Below, one piece after another: positions 50,409 through 64,000 of a stretch of DNA of 64,000 bases (position 1 is its first letter; the number at the start of each line of letters is the position of its first letter). Where the stretch lies: NCBI GenBank assembly GCA_951406725.2, contig OX597818.1, positions 96,348,001-96,412,000 of the forward strand, written 5' to 3'. This DNA comes from Octopus vulgaris (lineage: Eukaryota). A model generated the notes under the pieces. It did not search any database, was not told the origin of the DNA, and worked only from the letters and a program-made list of their open reading frames with translations. A program made the translations under genes and the position numbers.

Positions 50409-52432
50409 GTCAAACCTACTTATCTATATGTGTTTGTGAGTATCTGTGTATCTATATGCACAAATACAGACGTGTGCGTAATATATATATATATATATAT
50501 ATATATGACTGCGCGCACATGCACACACACGTGCGCACACACACGGACGCACGCGTGCACGCAAACACGCACTCACATGTAGGAAGAGAGAAGGAGAAAG
50601 GGAATATTGAATTATAAGAATATAATTTTTCTCTATTAATAATTATAATTTATCAACATTTTCTAAATTTCAAAATATGGAAAGACATGCAACACCAGCC
50701 ACAGCAGAAAACTGCCAACACAGGAAATCAAAGCCAAGGGGACACATGGCCTGAGCTATTTTCAGATTTGCATCCAGGTAGTCTTACGAATAATTAGCTC
50801 TAAGAATATACATTAGATTAGTTGGGTGGATATAGTCAGTCCGTTGTGTTGGGCATTACGAGTTGGTATCTTAATGCAACTACTGTGTTGTGTCGTTGGA
50901 CAGAATATTTCACATCATTCTACTATTATTGTTGGATTATGTAAGAAAAATTAGCAATTCTAGTGATGATTCAGAAGTATGTGGATGATCTTTGCCGTTC
51001 AGCGATGCAGATGAAGTGAATTGCTTGATCCTGAGTTAACGTGTATTCAACAGACACATATACCCTAACACAGTGACACAATGTGTGACAAGGCTGTGGT
51101 TTTTGGATTATAAGTATAATCCATTCTATGGGATTCCGTAGTTTCCTTCTACCCAATTTCACTCATAACTTTTGGGTTGATAGGAGACTATAGAAAATGA
51201 TTTTTAAAGCTACCACGTTCTGAGATCGAACCCGGGACGTCGTCGTTTCGAAGCAGACTTTTCGACATCAGTCTTTTGAACGTACTGCGCATATAGGTTT
51301 ATATGAATTAGCAACTATTTTATAAAGCGTTTTATAATTTCATTTGGTATGATCATTGTTATACGTTAAAAATGCAATGAAAAAGATAAAAAAATGTTAC
51401 GAACAAACACACACGTACCATGCACACACACACGTAGTACCCATATTTATTTTCGTGTATTATGTATGCATATGTATGTGTGCATACGTGAGTGTATATT
51501 CTGAGAACGTGTGATAGAAAATTATAAAAAAATAAAATAGAATCACTCGCTTATCCTTACTAACAGCTGCCTTCTACTACTACTAATGTATTAGCTTAAG
51601 AGAACTTGTGATTGTTGGTGACATGCTAACAAAATTAGCAGGATTAATGACACATCAACTCCACTTCCAATAATAATGATTTCAATTAAAAAATAGATTG
51701 ATCAACAAAAATATAAAAACAAAATACACGAGAGTGAGCGGTGTTAATGGAGAAATTAAATTACACTATTAATATAATGCATAAATGCGTTGCTGTGAAG
51801 GAGCGTAGCCAAGCCGTTAGGGTTGTTAGACGCTCGATCGCATTGTCGTAGTTTCAATTCCTGAAAGCAGACATTGCGTGTTATGACCTTGAGCAGGGCA
51901 CTTTATTTTATATTACTCCAGTCTACTCGGCTGAAAATGAGTACCAGCTGACAGTTGGTGCACCTCACTCCTTTCCGTTCTTAAGACTGACAGAGCCGAG
52001 AGGGTTCATTTGTTTATGTTATTCGATTAAATCAATTGACCAGGTCATCCGTGTTGATTACTGTTGGCTGAGTTTTAAGGCATATTACTTCCAGGAATGA
52101 TAAATAATTTGTAACTCCAAAGCAATATATAATATCTGCCTTCGAAACACGTGTCTGCTAGCGACAGCTGATGAAGGGAATTTTTCCTTGTGCAGCATAT
52201 CCTGTACTTCGTTTTTCTGCTGCACATAATTGTTTTTCCCGTTTTCGTTTCGTCTTGTTCCACGTCCCTGTCCTGTTGTAACAAATGGCTTTTCCGTTTT
52301 CGTTTCTGTTGATTTTTACGTCTTCTTGTGGTGTCCTGTACGTATATATATATTTATATATGCATGTATATATACATGTAGATGTCGGTACGTACATATA
52401 TGTTTGTATGTATGCATATATTTTATTTATTA

Positions 52433-52490
<58 letters not shown>

Positions 52491-54012
52491 ATATAATTAA
52501 TAATATCAAAGGGTAATCTGAAATATTAGAAATTTCCATTACCAGTGGCCTAGCGTGTAAAAATTTAGTCAATAGACTATATATTATTCATATAATTACA
52601 GTGTACATTTAAACACTTAAGAGGTATCTATCATAGAACTACCTGCACGCTAGAGAGGACAGTTAAATTCCAAACCACTATTAGGGATAAAATTTCGAAG
52701 GGAATGAAAAATAAAAACATTTTCCATCTAACTCCAACTTCTCTTTATAGAGTATATAGAAGCTACTTCCGTCTTTAGAAAAGTAATGGTATGTCACCTT
52801 CCTCTCCACCCTTTCTTATATAAATTCGCCAGACAGTGGGGTATTCACTTTTGTGACGTACTTGAACATACCCTCGCTTTTCTGAGTCGAAACTATATTG
52901 AGGAACCCCTTTTAATCCATAACATTTGCAGAAAATGAGTACCTTAGTTATTGCCGCTTCGGTTTGCAGCTTTGCTCGTCAAACTGTGGCTATGTTTAAT
53001 ACTATGACTGCTTAATTATCCCTTTCTGTTTACTTTTAACGTTTTTTTTTTCTGTTACTATTGTTTTTACACCTGGAGAGGTGTTTTCGCTGCTACCACC
53101 TTTATTACTAACACCTTCTCCCGCTACATCATAGGAGGCTCATTAGAACCACTGTAAACAAACATAATTGGACGTTTGGAAAACTATATTCGCATAAAAT
53201 AAATATCTAAGGATGGACCTTTACTCTTTCAAGTAATGAAATTGATATTTAAATATTCAAAAATCTTCGGTAATGATCAATATTTTGAAGATGGCGTATA
53301 TTAAAAATAACCCACGTTTAACCATTGACCCTTTTGATATTAAACCGTCTAACACCACCCCTGGTTCTATGATACAAACTTCCTAGTTTAAACTGATCTA
53401 AATAAAAATTTTCCATCAAAATTTCATATTTTCAAAATTAATTGGTACAAAGTCAGTGTGTTTCAGCTGATATGCGGTTATGAAAGGATTAAATACTTGT
53501 AACTAGAAACAAAGCAACTGTTTGTGTTTGTTTTTCAATTACAAACTTTCATTTTATATATGCAACGTATGTTTCCGTTTTGTTGATGTAAGTGTAAATC
53601 ATAAATAACCAACTCCTCAGAACATAAAGAGCAATGTGTCCAACTTAGAAGGTGTGATAGTCAGTGTTATCATGTACAACTCCATGATTTCGATGGTCTA
53701 AATATTATGTATTGTTGAAAATTGACAAAACAAGAACAGAAACAAAGCAAAAAGTGATTAGAATAACCACAAGAAGAAGCATTAAACATCCTGTTCTTTT
53801 CATTCAATATCAAAATGAATATCTTGGTTCCTTTTTGAAATCAATAAGTACTTCATTAATGATCGTTTGTCTTTCGTGATACATGCATGCTTCTGTTGCC
53901 GTCTTTCTGCATACATTTTCTGTACTTGCAACATTCCAATAACATATTGCTTTCTCAAACAGCACCATCACATTCTTCTATTTATTAGTTTAAGAATGAA
54001 AGCAACTTTCTG

Positions 54013-54486
<474 letters not shown>

Positions 54487-55196
54487 TGCGCTCTTTATCT
54501 CTTCTTTTTATTTTCTCTTCCTCTCTTCCTTTGTTTCCATTGTGTTGAACACTTATTGAATTATTCATTCATATTCTATTTTCAATAATATTTTCCCGAT
54601 GTTCTTTCTCCCTTCCCTCAAAGAATTGATTACATTGCAACTAAAATCACATTACCAACTGCAGAATGATGAAGTCAATACCAGAGTCTGACAGAAGCAG
54701 AAGAAAAAAATAACTAAATAAAACAAACAAAACATAAAGTAACTGTTCTAAAAATATTAACACCGACCGACCCTCTGTTATGTATAAACGGCTGAAACTG
54801 GCAACGTACCACCACCAACATCAACGTCACGAACACCAACCCGACAAACAACAATAACAGCTGTAATAACGCAATAGAGGAAACAGTTTTTGTTTTGTTT
54901 TGTTCCTCTCTAAATGCACTAAGTTTAGTTTGGAATATAATTCTTTAAAGCTTATATTGATTTCTTACATAAGTACAATGTTTTAGATTTACAGCATAAT
55001 GCAAATAAGATGATATGACGTTCGCATTTTTCTCAACAGCTTTAGTAACCCAGGTGAATTAACTGCAGCGGGGAAAAGAAACTGGGTCGTAAACTTAGCT
55101 CACCAAAAGCGGATGCATACGTGCATACATATATACATGTATATATACATACATGAATACACACACACACACACTCATATATATATATATATATAT

Positions 55197-55258
<62 letters not shown>

Positions 55259-55364
55259 TACTTTATAGGGATTTAGAAATTTCGAGAGATACGAAATAAA
55301 TCGTTTTAACAGTGGAACTAGGAGATAAAGTTATAAATAATTCTTTTAAATAATTCGTTTTATA

Positions 55365-55540
55365 GCGCAGGAGTGGCTGTGTGTTAAGTAGCTTGCTTAT
55401 CAACCACATTGTTCCGAGTTCAGTCCCACTGCGTAGCACCTCGGGCAGGTGTCTTCTACTATAGCCTCGGGTCGGCCAAAGCCTTGTGAGTGGATTTGGT
55501 AGACGGTAACTGAAAGATGTCCATCGTATATATGTATATG

Positions 55541-55634
<94 letters not shown>

Positions 55635-55840
55635 TGTGTCTGTGTTTGTCCCCCTAACATCGCTTGATAACTGGTGTGTTTACGTCCCCGTAACTTAGTG
55701 GTTCGGCAAAAGGGACCGATATAATAAGTACTAGGCTTACAAAGAATAAGTCCTGGGTCGGTTTGATCGACTAAAGGCGGTGCTCCAACATGGTCGCAGT
55801 CAAATGACTGAAACAAGTAAAAGAGTAAAAGAGTAAAAGA
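55365..55840 (+). mobile_element. tRNA-derived CORE-type SINE, full length
   Basis: A box gtggctgtgtgttaag, B box gagttcagtccc, CORE-like block, internal (TA)n(TG)n, (AAAAGAGT)n tail. Related copies near 23580, 28020-28360(-), 38262, 46480 and 63100. Confidence 0.85.
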
Positions 55841-56069
55841 GAGTACTCTTGGCACAAGGCCTAAAATTTTGGGGAAAACAGCTAGTCGATTACATCTATC
55901 CCAGTGCTCAAGTGGTCCTTTATTTTATTGCTCCCCGAAAGGATGAAAGGCAATGCCGACCACGACGGAATTTGAAAGACAGAAGAAATGACGCTAAGTA
56001 TTGTGTTGAGCGTGTTAACGATTCTCTCAACTCACCACCTTCATAAAGTTATAATATCGTGTAGAATAT

Positions 56070-56230
56070 CCTCGTCTGTCTTTACGTTCTGAATTCAAAT
56101 TCCGCCGAGGTCGACTTTGCCTTTCATCCTTTCGGAGTCGATAAATTAAGTAACAGTTGCGTACTGGGGTCGAACTAATCTACTGCTCTCCCCACTAATA
56201 ATTTCGGGCCTTGTGTCTAGAATAGAAAAG
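56070..56230 (+). mobile_element. 5'-truncated Nin-domain SINE with 17-bp TSD
   Basis: aatatcgtgtagaatat at 56053-56069 and 56231-56247. Confidence 0.85.
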
Positions 56231-56860
56231 AATATCGTGTAGAATATTATATTATTGTCTATATATATATGAACAAATCATCAGTGCTGCTTGTTTACCA
56301 AGAAGCCGAAAGACACTAAATTGTCAATAATCTGTGTTCCCGGTCTTTCAGCTGATAATACAAACTTGAATTTTGAATTAGCTTTTGTTGAACATATTTT
56401 GAAATGTTATACAAAAATTGTCTAGAAAACGCTTATTAATGTGACGTAATAAAGTTCAGAAACTTCGAGGAAGTGAAATATTTTTTTTCTGGACCGGTGA
56501 CTTCGAAGTAAATATAGCTATAAATAATAGTGTCTAAATATTGAGTTAAAAGCCATTTTGGATAGGAAAGGCGGAAGGCCGTCAAACCTATATCTCCTGC
56601 AAATATGACAGGCTATACACCATTAGACGAAAGCAACCCATCGAATTTATTTCACATCAGAACCTTTATTCTTACTAGCGAGCATTGCGTGTTGTTGACG
56701 TCATAAGAATTAAGAAACTTTGGTTTTATGTCGGTCTCTGTCGACAGTGGGAGTCTCAGCGTCGAATACTTGACGAAAGTTTAATATTTATAGTATTATT
56801 TTCCTTCTTTTCGGGACCCAATGCACGCATCTACGCATTTCCATATTTCTCTGTCTTTCT

Positions 56861-56898
<38 letters not shown>

Positions 56899-57025
56899 CT
56901 CTCTCCTTCTCTCTCCCTCTCTCATTACATGCACGCACGCGCGCGCACACATACACGCAGCGGCAGGAGTGTATGTGAGTTTGTATACACACACATATAT
57001 ATGCACATACATATATATGTATACA

Positions 57026-57238
57026 TAAGAACTGATAACAGTATTAATGATATTTTACATAATCAATTTGCATGAGTGTGGCGTGTATGTGTGAATGTAT
57101 ATGTGTATGTGTATGTGTACGTGTGAATATGTATGTAGCAAGCCCCCTTCAATATCTGTATGTATGCATGTGTATGTGTGTGCATATACTCCGTATGTAT
57201 GTGTGTGTGTGCATATACCTTTATGTATATGTGTACAC

Positions 57239-57288
<50 letters not shown>

Positions 57289-57472
57289 TTGTATGTTTGT
57301 GTGTGTGTGTACACATATATATACAGGTGTAAGCACACACATACATATGCATACAGATATTGAGCATATACACACATTCACACGTACACATACACATGCA
57401 CATTCACACATACACGCCACACTCAAGCAAATTGGTTATGCAAAATAACGTTAATATTGTTATCAGTTCTTA
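57026..57472. repeat. Imperfect ~95-bp inverted repeat around a microsatellite spacer
   Basis: taagaactgataacagtattaatgatattttacataatcaatttgcatgagtgtggcgtg... versus ...cacgccacactcaagcaaattggttatgcaaaataacgttaatattgttatcagttctta. Confidence 0.85.
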
Positions 57473-58683
57473 GTTGATGCTATAAATTCAAGCTACAATA
57501 AGTTGCATCTTTTATGGACAATTCCGATCTGACTCAGTAAAATTATTAGGTTGGTTCTCTAAAAAGCAGAGAGTGAAAAAAATGACGAAAAAAGGAATAA
57601 ATAAATAAATTAAAATCTCGTTAATCGCTCTAAGGCTTTAATATTGATGATCATGTGATTAACTGCGATTACAATAAATCTTTCTGTAATTAGTATGCTT
57701 TTTTTTTTCTCCATCTAACACTCAGTCTCTCTTTCTCAAGTATTTTTCTACTCATGATCGTGTGCATATACACACAGTCACACATTTATACACGCATTCA
57801 CACACGAACATACAAATACCTTCCCTGCGCGCGCGCATACACACACAGAGTTACACTCACACAAACACTTATGTATATAGAGACACGCTCACACTGACAT
57901 GTGCTTACATAGTCTTATAACTATTTGAAATTACCGTTCATATATATGTCACAAGTCGAAGTAGATGAAGCTATTCCATTTACCAGATTTTATGGTATCC
58001 TGTAGTTGAGAGGATCCCCTTTCTTTTTTATTATGGTTTAGCTCGAAATGTAAGGCAAAGGTAAGTCTATAACCATTTCCAGATTAGTGGAACTCGAACC
58101 AGAGACTTTGTGAGAATGTTTGCAGCAGAACTAACTGCGAAAGGCACCCAATGACCAAGTGGTAGTATGAAATTCAGTGATAGATTAATCCCATACTGTA
58201 GGTAAGGTGTAGTGTATCTGAAGAGCTTTCGCACTGTTACCTTATATCAATTTTGACCAACGAGGTTTGCGCTAATCTGAGGCTAAATTAGAGAATATTT
58301 ATACAAAATGCAGAAGGAAACCGGGTAACTACATAGTCACGTCTTGATAAGCACGATAATCTAATCATTATTGTGAGCTGTAACTTGAAAATGCCGGATA
58401 TCACTCGATAATGTTGATGTATCATTCTTCTCTCTGTGTCTGAAGGATAAATCATGGTTAAAGTAACATTGCATAAACGTACCTATTACCATACAAATGT
58501 AGTTTACGGTCTAAGGCGTGTCTCAATTTAGTAGAGCCGGCTTCTGCTTTATATCTTATCGTCTCTGCATTGCATAACAAGTGAACATACCTTAAGAAAC
58601 TTTAAAAGAGTATGATACTAAATTTGACATCAAGTGGAAAATACTAGATAGGTGCGGGACTAGAACGGGAAAAATATAATATA

Positions 58684-58874
<191 letters not shown>

Positions 58875-60188
58875 AGACCTGTGATCTTGACGTTTAATGT
58901 AATAATATTTTTTAATATAGGAACAAGGCCTGAAGTTTTATTTTCATAGGTGACGGTACTAGTCAAGCACTGGAATTTTGATTACATTGCAACAGGCCTA
59001 TTGGGAGGAATGCTTGAGCTACACACAGTTTTATCATGTTGCCTTCGTTTCACACCGAGAAAAACATTCACTGGAGAGGATTTCAATTCTTGGTGGGGTT
59101 CCATAACATACGATGAACACAATACAAAAGTGCGAAACGTGTTAGGTGAAAACGATTAAGGGTTGTTTTTGAAGATTCCTAAGAAGTATGTATCTGTAAA
59201 TGTTCGTGCCTCGTGACTTTAAAAGTAAAATTGAAGCTTTATCGGATGTCCTGTCATCTTTGAGAAGGGCAGCTGAAGGAAGAGACCTGGAGCATTAACA
59301 AACAAAGCCTAACTTCAGAAGCCACGTCAACATTTCTGCTCCCAAATTAGTCTTTACCCATCACTTGTTTGGCAAAGCATGAGACCCCCATTGTCTTGTA
59401 GCTGGCCTACTCCCTAAATTTTATCTCTGACAATTTTCTTTTTACTTTTGTTCTAAAACTTAAATCAACTCTGAATGTCAACGATATCAAGCGCTAGAAA
59501 GAATCGAAGAGAAATTACTATGAGAACCCTGTACTACACTTCAAAATGTGTTCCAAAGCTGGGATAAATCGTCGATACTAGGGTAGCAACAAAAGCAAGA
59601 ATTATTTATAAAACGACATATCTAATTTAGCTGTAAAGCCATGAATACAATCTTAAAATTATATATATATATATATTTATATGAATATGTGTGTATTTAT
59701 ATGGGTATATGTATGAATATATGAATATATATAAATATAAGTATATATATATGTATATACTTACACATACATACACATATATGTGTGTATATGTGTGTGT
59801 TTGTGTGTGTGTGTTTGTGTGTGTGTTCACATACACACACATGATCTCCCAAGGGGCATTTTGCCAATATTAGAATCTAATATTTAACGTAATACTTGGA
59901 GAATTTATTGAGATATACTTTTGTGTTAACCCCTTCAAACAAACTCAAAAGAATATTAATAAACACACCAATGTCGTTCGCAAACCATACATACATACTG
60001 GAATAGGGATATAACAAATTAATTTATCAACATAGCTATAACCACTTGTAGGATCTACATAAAAGACTTTATGTAGAAAACTGAAAACTGCTAACTTTAT
60101 TGAAAACACCTTTAGTGGCGGATCTAATTTTTTTGTCACTAAGAAAGAAAACTATGATAAAGGATAACTCATGAAATAACGATATATA

Positions 60189-60693
60189 TCTATATATATA
60201 AAACTCTAGTTGTGTGAGTGTCTGTCCCCTTCGATTTAGATTCCTAACTCCTCCCACATTTTGCGGTGCAGTTTAACCAAATTCGGGTATCTTATAGTCG
60301 TGATTCATATCGAGCCCGTCTGACTATTAGCGCGCGTCAACGATGAGTCTACGATTTTAAAAATAATTTAACATCATTTTTTATTCCATTTTAATGCATA
60401 AAATGCATCGTGTGTCGATAGCGGCGGAGTTGGCGTCCACGCTCACAGCTGCACCTGTTTGCTTCTCCCCCTTCCCTCCCTCGTGAAGCTGTGGGGAAGG
60501 GAGTGTAAGAAATCAACGTCGTAATGCGTTGTGAAGGAAACCAGCGTGCTTTTAGAACAACGACTTCATGGCTTGAAGATACCAAAACAAAAATGGCTAA
60601 GAAAGCCCGAATTTATAAGGGAAGTAACTCTCTAAAAATGCTTATATAGTTATTTCCCTTACAAACCCGAGCAACGCCGGGCGATACTGCTAG
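60189..60693 (+). mobile_element. Non-autonomous Helitron, copy 1
   Basis: 5' TC after A, 3' CTAG, subterminal hairpin cccgagcaacgccggg, no TSD. Confidence 0.9.
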
Positions 60694-61207
60694 TCTATAT
60701 ATATAAAACTCTAGTTGTGTGAGTGTCTGTCCCCTTCGATTTAGATTCCTAACTACTCCCACATTTTGCGGTGCAGTTTAACCAAATTCGGGTATCTTAT
60801 AGTCGTGATTCATATCGAGCCCGTCTGAGTATTAGCGCGCGTCTACGATGAGTCTACGATTTAAAAAATAATTTAACATAATTTTTTATTCCATTTTAAT
60901 GCATAAAATGCATCGTGTGTCGATGGCGGCGGAGTTGGCGTCCATGGTCACACCTGCACCTATTTGCTTCTCCCCCTTCTTCCCTCACTCGTGAAGCTGT
61001 GGGGAAGGGAGTGTAAGGAAATCAACGTCGTAAAGCGTTGTCAAGGAGACCAGCGTTCATTTAGAACAACGACTTCATGGCTTGAAGACACCAAAACAGA
61101 AATGGCTAAGAAAGCCCGAATTGGCATCTATAAGGGAAGTAACTCTCTAAAAATGCTTATATAGTTATTTCCCTTACAAACCCGAGCAACGCCGGGCGAT
61201 ACTGCTA

Positions 61208-61208
<1 letters not shown>
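60694..61208 (+). mobile_element. Non-autonomous Helitron, copy 2
   Basis: Same termini and hairpin, followed by T; a slightly diverged copy of 60189-60693. Confidence 0.9.
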
Positions 61209-61265
<57 letters not shown>

Positions 61266-61398
61266 AATATAAGAGAGTGGTCACTATATGGCTCACTCTA
61301 GCACTAGTTAATCCAAAAGGTTTCAACCACAAAAATACATGTTTCCCATGAAAGTACTATTAAATTAGTATCTAATTCTCTCACCCTTATTAATTAAT

Positions 61399-61481
<83 letters not shown>

Positions 61482-61494
61482 GTATATGTATATG

Positions 61495-61561
<67 letters not shown>

Positions 61562-61782
61562 GCGTGTTGTGTTTATCAGGTAAGGTATTTAGTAGCTTTC
61601 TCCTGTTCCTAGATAGCGAAGACATATCCAGCAAGATGGCATGTAATGCATCTATTACAGATCTAGGAGAGGCTACTCTTCCTGTAAATGGTGTATGCAT
61701 GTATGTATGTATGTATGTATGTATGTATGTATGTTTATGTATGTACGTATGTATGTGTTTGTGTATATATATATACATGCAT

Positions 61783-61827
61783 ACAGTCTGATGATGGCTT
61801 AGCTGGTAGAAAGTTTGAAGTTACTGT
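61783..61827 (+). ncRNA. Degenerate hammerhead-like motif
   Basis: acagt-CTGATGA-tggctt..aagttt-GAAG-TT-actgt. Helix I acagt/actgt is intact; stem III is lost. Confidence 0.4.
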
Positions 61828-63417
61828 CAATAATATTCTTGTTATAAAATAATAAATTTGTATTCTACACAAGTATGGAATAATCCTTCAGATTAATGTA
61901 AACATTAATATACACATATGCATATATATATACATACATGCATACACATATACGTATACATACCGTATATATACACACGCAAATAAATGTGACAAGAGGT
62001 TGAACACAGTTACATATCTAGGTTTTGTTAATCTACACCGTGACACATACTCAAGAGATTTAAAGTAGATTAACAAACCAATTAGCTCTAGATTTTTTTA
62101 TTAATTTCAAGTCGGTTGCTATTTACATGATGGAGAGATAATCGCTAGATCAATTGAGTACAGGAGCTAGCAGTGAAATCACATGTAGTTAAAGGCTTTT
62201 GCTAATACTGTTGTTAAATTTAGATTTCTTGTACTTCTTTAGTGTTACTGACAAGCTAACGTATGTTGCGATTTCTACCTATCAGGATTTATTGCCATGA
62301 TATGGAACATTCAACGAGCTTCTCATGCTAATAAAAGAGCTTCTATGTTGTCAATTAGAAGCTAAATTATCTTACACTAAAAACAATCGTTTTTAGATAA
62401 TTTATGTTTTGTTATGTGTCTGCTAGAACAGAGCTAAGAAATGTCCATCCCAAAACAACATCACAAACGACATAATCTCCCCTAACAGCAATAGCAACAT
62501 ATTATCAAGAAGGAGAAAAAAGCCTTCTGTATTATATTATGTAACATTCCGTTAGAAATGATGTCTTTGTGTCACAAAATCGTTGCCAATTGATCCAATG
62601 TTGAGCATTCTGTATAAAAAAGATCGAAAATTCCAAACCTCAGAAACTGAGATAACGAAAAATGGAAACCTTGAAAATTAGAAATTGTTTGGGGCTTTTC
62701 AAAACAATGAACTTGTAAACAACAGGTAAAAAAAGTACATGAGGAAAAGAAAAGAAAAGCATGCATATAATACCTTATAGTTACATAAATTCCGATTAGT
62801 TTTCCTCGGAAACATATATAGTAAATATCTACCTATTCTATTCCCTAGACCTACAAATATATTTTTTTGAGGATCATCCCGCAAGGTGGGAGGATGACCT
62901 GCAAAAGAAAATTATCTTTTTCAATTTTTCCCTTTAAAAGGCATGCATTTCTAAGAATATTATGACAAATCAAATTCGGGAGAAGGTCAGAATTATCGAA
63001 ACTACACTCCACTAACTTTTTCTAAGATACCTCTGAAAATTTTCATTCGAAATTATGCACTTTTAAGAAGTTTATGAGAATACTTATCCTCACTGTTCTC
63101 GAGCCTATGGGTTCAGTCCCACCGCGTGACACCCTGAGCAAGTGGTTATAGCCCCGAGCTAACCAAAGCCTTGGATTGGACTTGTTAGATAGAAACTGAA
63201 AGTAGTTCATTGTGTGTGTGCGTATTTGTTCCCCCATCAACTCTTGAGAACCGGTGTTAGTTTGTTTACGTCCGATTACCAAAACTATTCAGCAAATGAC
63301 CGATAGAATAAGTACCAAGCTATAAAAAATAAAACATAAGTACTGGTAGCAATGTGTTGGACTAAATTCCTTCAAAGCAGTGACCTCGCATAGCTGCAGT
63401 CTAATTATATATATATA

Positions 63418-64000
63418 TAAGTTTATGAAAGAATGGAGTTGAACGACTTGTTAACAAATTTCCTTTATTTTCGACATATGTTTCGAAGGCTGCATATTTC
63501 TAATTCCGAAGGAATAAGGAGTACATTATGCAGATTTCTCATCAGGAAAGTCAAGGAACTTATGTCGACATCAAAATGCACAAAAAGCTTTTAGCTGACT
63601 GCTCTCAAGGAGCCCATGGCGATAATGAGTGTCTGTTTATAAGGAGTGACGTCAGAGTTGCTGAATGTAGAAGAATCTAGAAGGATCTAAACGTTCAAGA
63701 GTTCAAACGAAGAGGAGGGAGGCATAAGAATAGTAAGTTGAGAGGGTGCAGGTCAAAAGAATGGTGGGTTTAATTGATTTCTTTTATGAATGAGTGCCTG
63801 TGCGTGTGACTGTATATAACTGTAATAATGTGTGTATGTGTGTGTGTGAATGCGTGATTGTGTTTGTGGATGGGTAGATGTCAGAAAACTGACAGCTGTG
63901 AGGTGAGAGGTCTGTGTATGTGTGTTCGATTGTGTTTGCTGTAGAGAAAGGGAAGTAGAGAGAGAAAGGGAGGAAGAGTTGGGCGAGGTGAGAGGCAACG
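63418..64000 (-). mobile_element. Probable 3' terminal repeat of another PLE family, running off the window
   Basis: Abuts (TA)n, carries an HHR near its terminus, then GT- and purine-rich low-complexity sequence; same layout as 5946-6950. Confidence 0.55.
63469..63549 (-). ncRNA. Type-I hammerhead ribozyme, intact core
   Basis: tttc-CTGATGA-GAA-at-CTGCATA...TATGCAG-cc-TTC-GAAA-CATATG-TC-gaaa. All conserved core bases, GUC triplet, palindromic ACATATGT stem III. Confidence 0.8.

Overview
AT-rich, microsatellite-dense eukaryotic DNA that is almost entirely repeats. The tRNA-headed CORE- and Nin-type SINEs and the (TA)n/(CA)n/(TATG)n/(TAA)n load suggest a cephalopod, probably Octopus (inference). 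I see no convincing host exon, and most short ORFs in the track are translated microsatellites. The main feature is a young Penelope-like retroelement (PLE; RT + Cys-rich linker + C-terminal GIY-YIG, Neptune-type layout) on the minus strand at ~5946-12197, in partial-tandem form. Around it are remnants of mariner, hAT, Chapaev3-like, Gypsy, R4/Dong-like and CR1/L2-like elements and a head-to-tail Helitron dimer. The most unusual signal is RNA-level: about ten minimal type-I hammerhead-ribozyme (HHR)-like motifs from several unrelated repeat families, one with a fully intact core (63469-63549). Two small non-coding elements look like PLE parasites. One is a tRNA-headed, hammerhead-tailed SINE-like unit with an inverted arm (1-417). 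The other is a 283-bp mini-element with both ends of the PLE (40043-40334). All calls were made by eye; no searches or folding programs were run.
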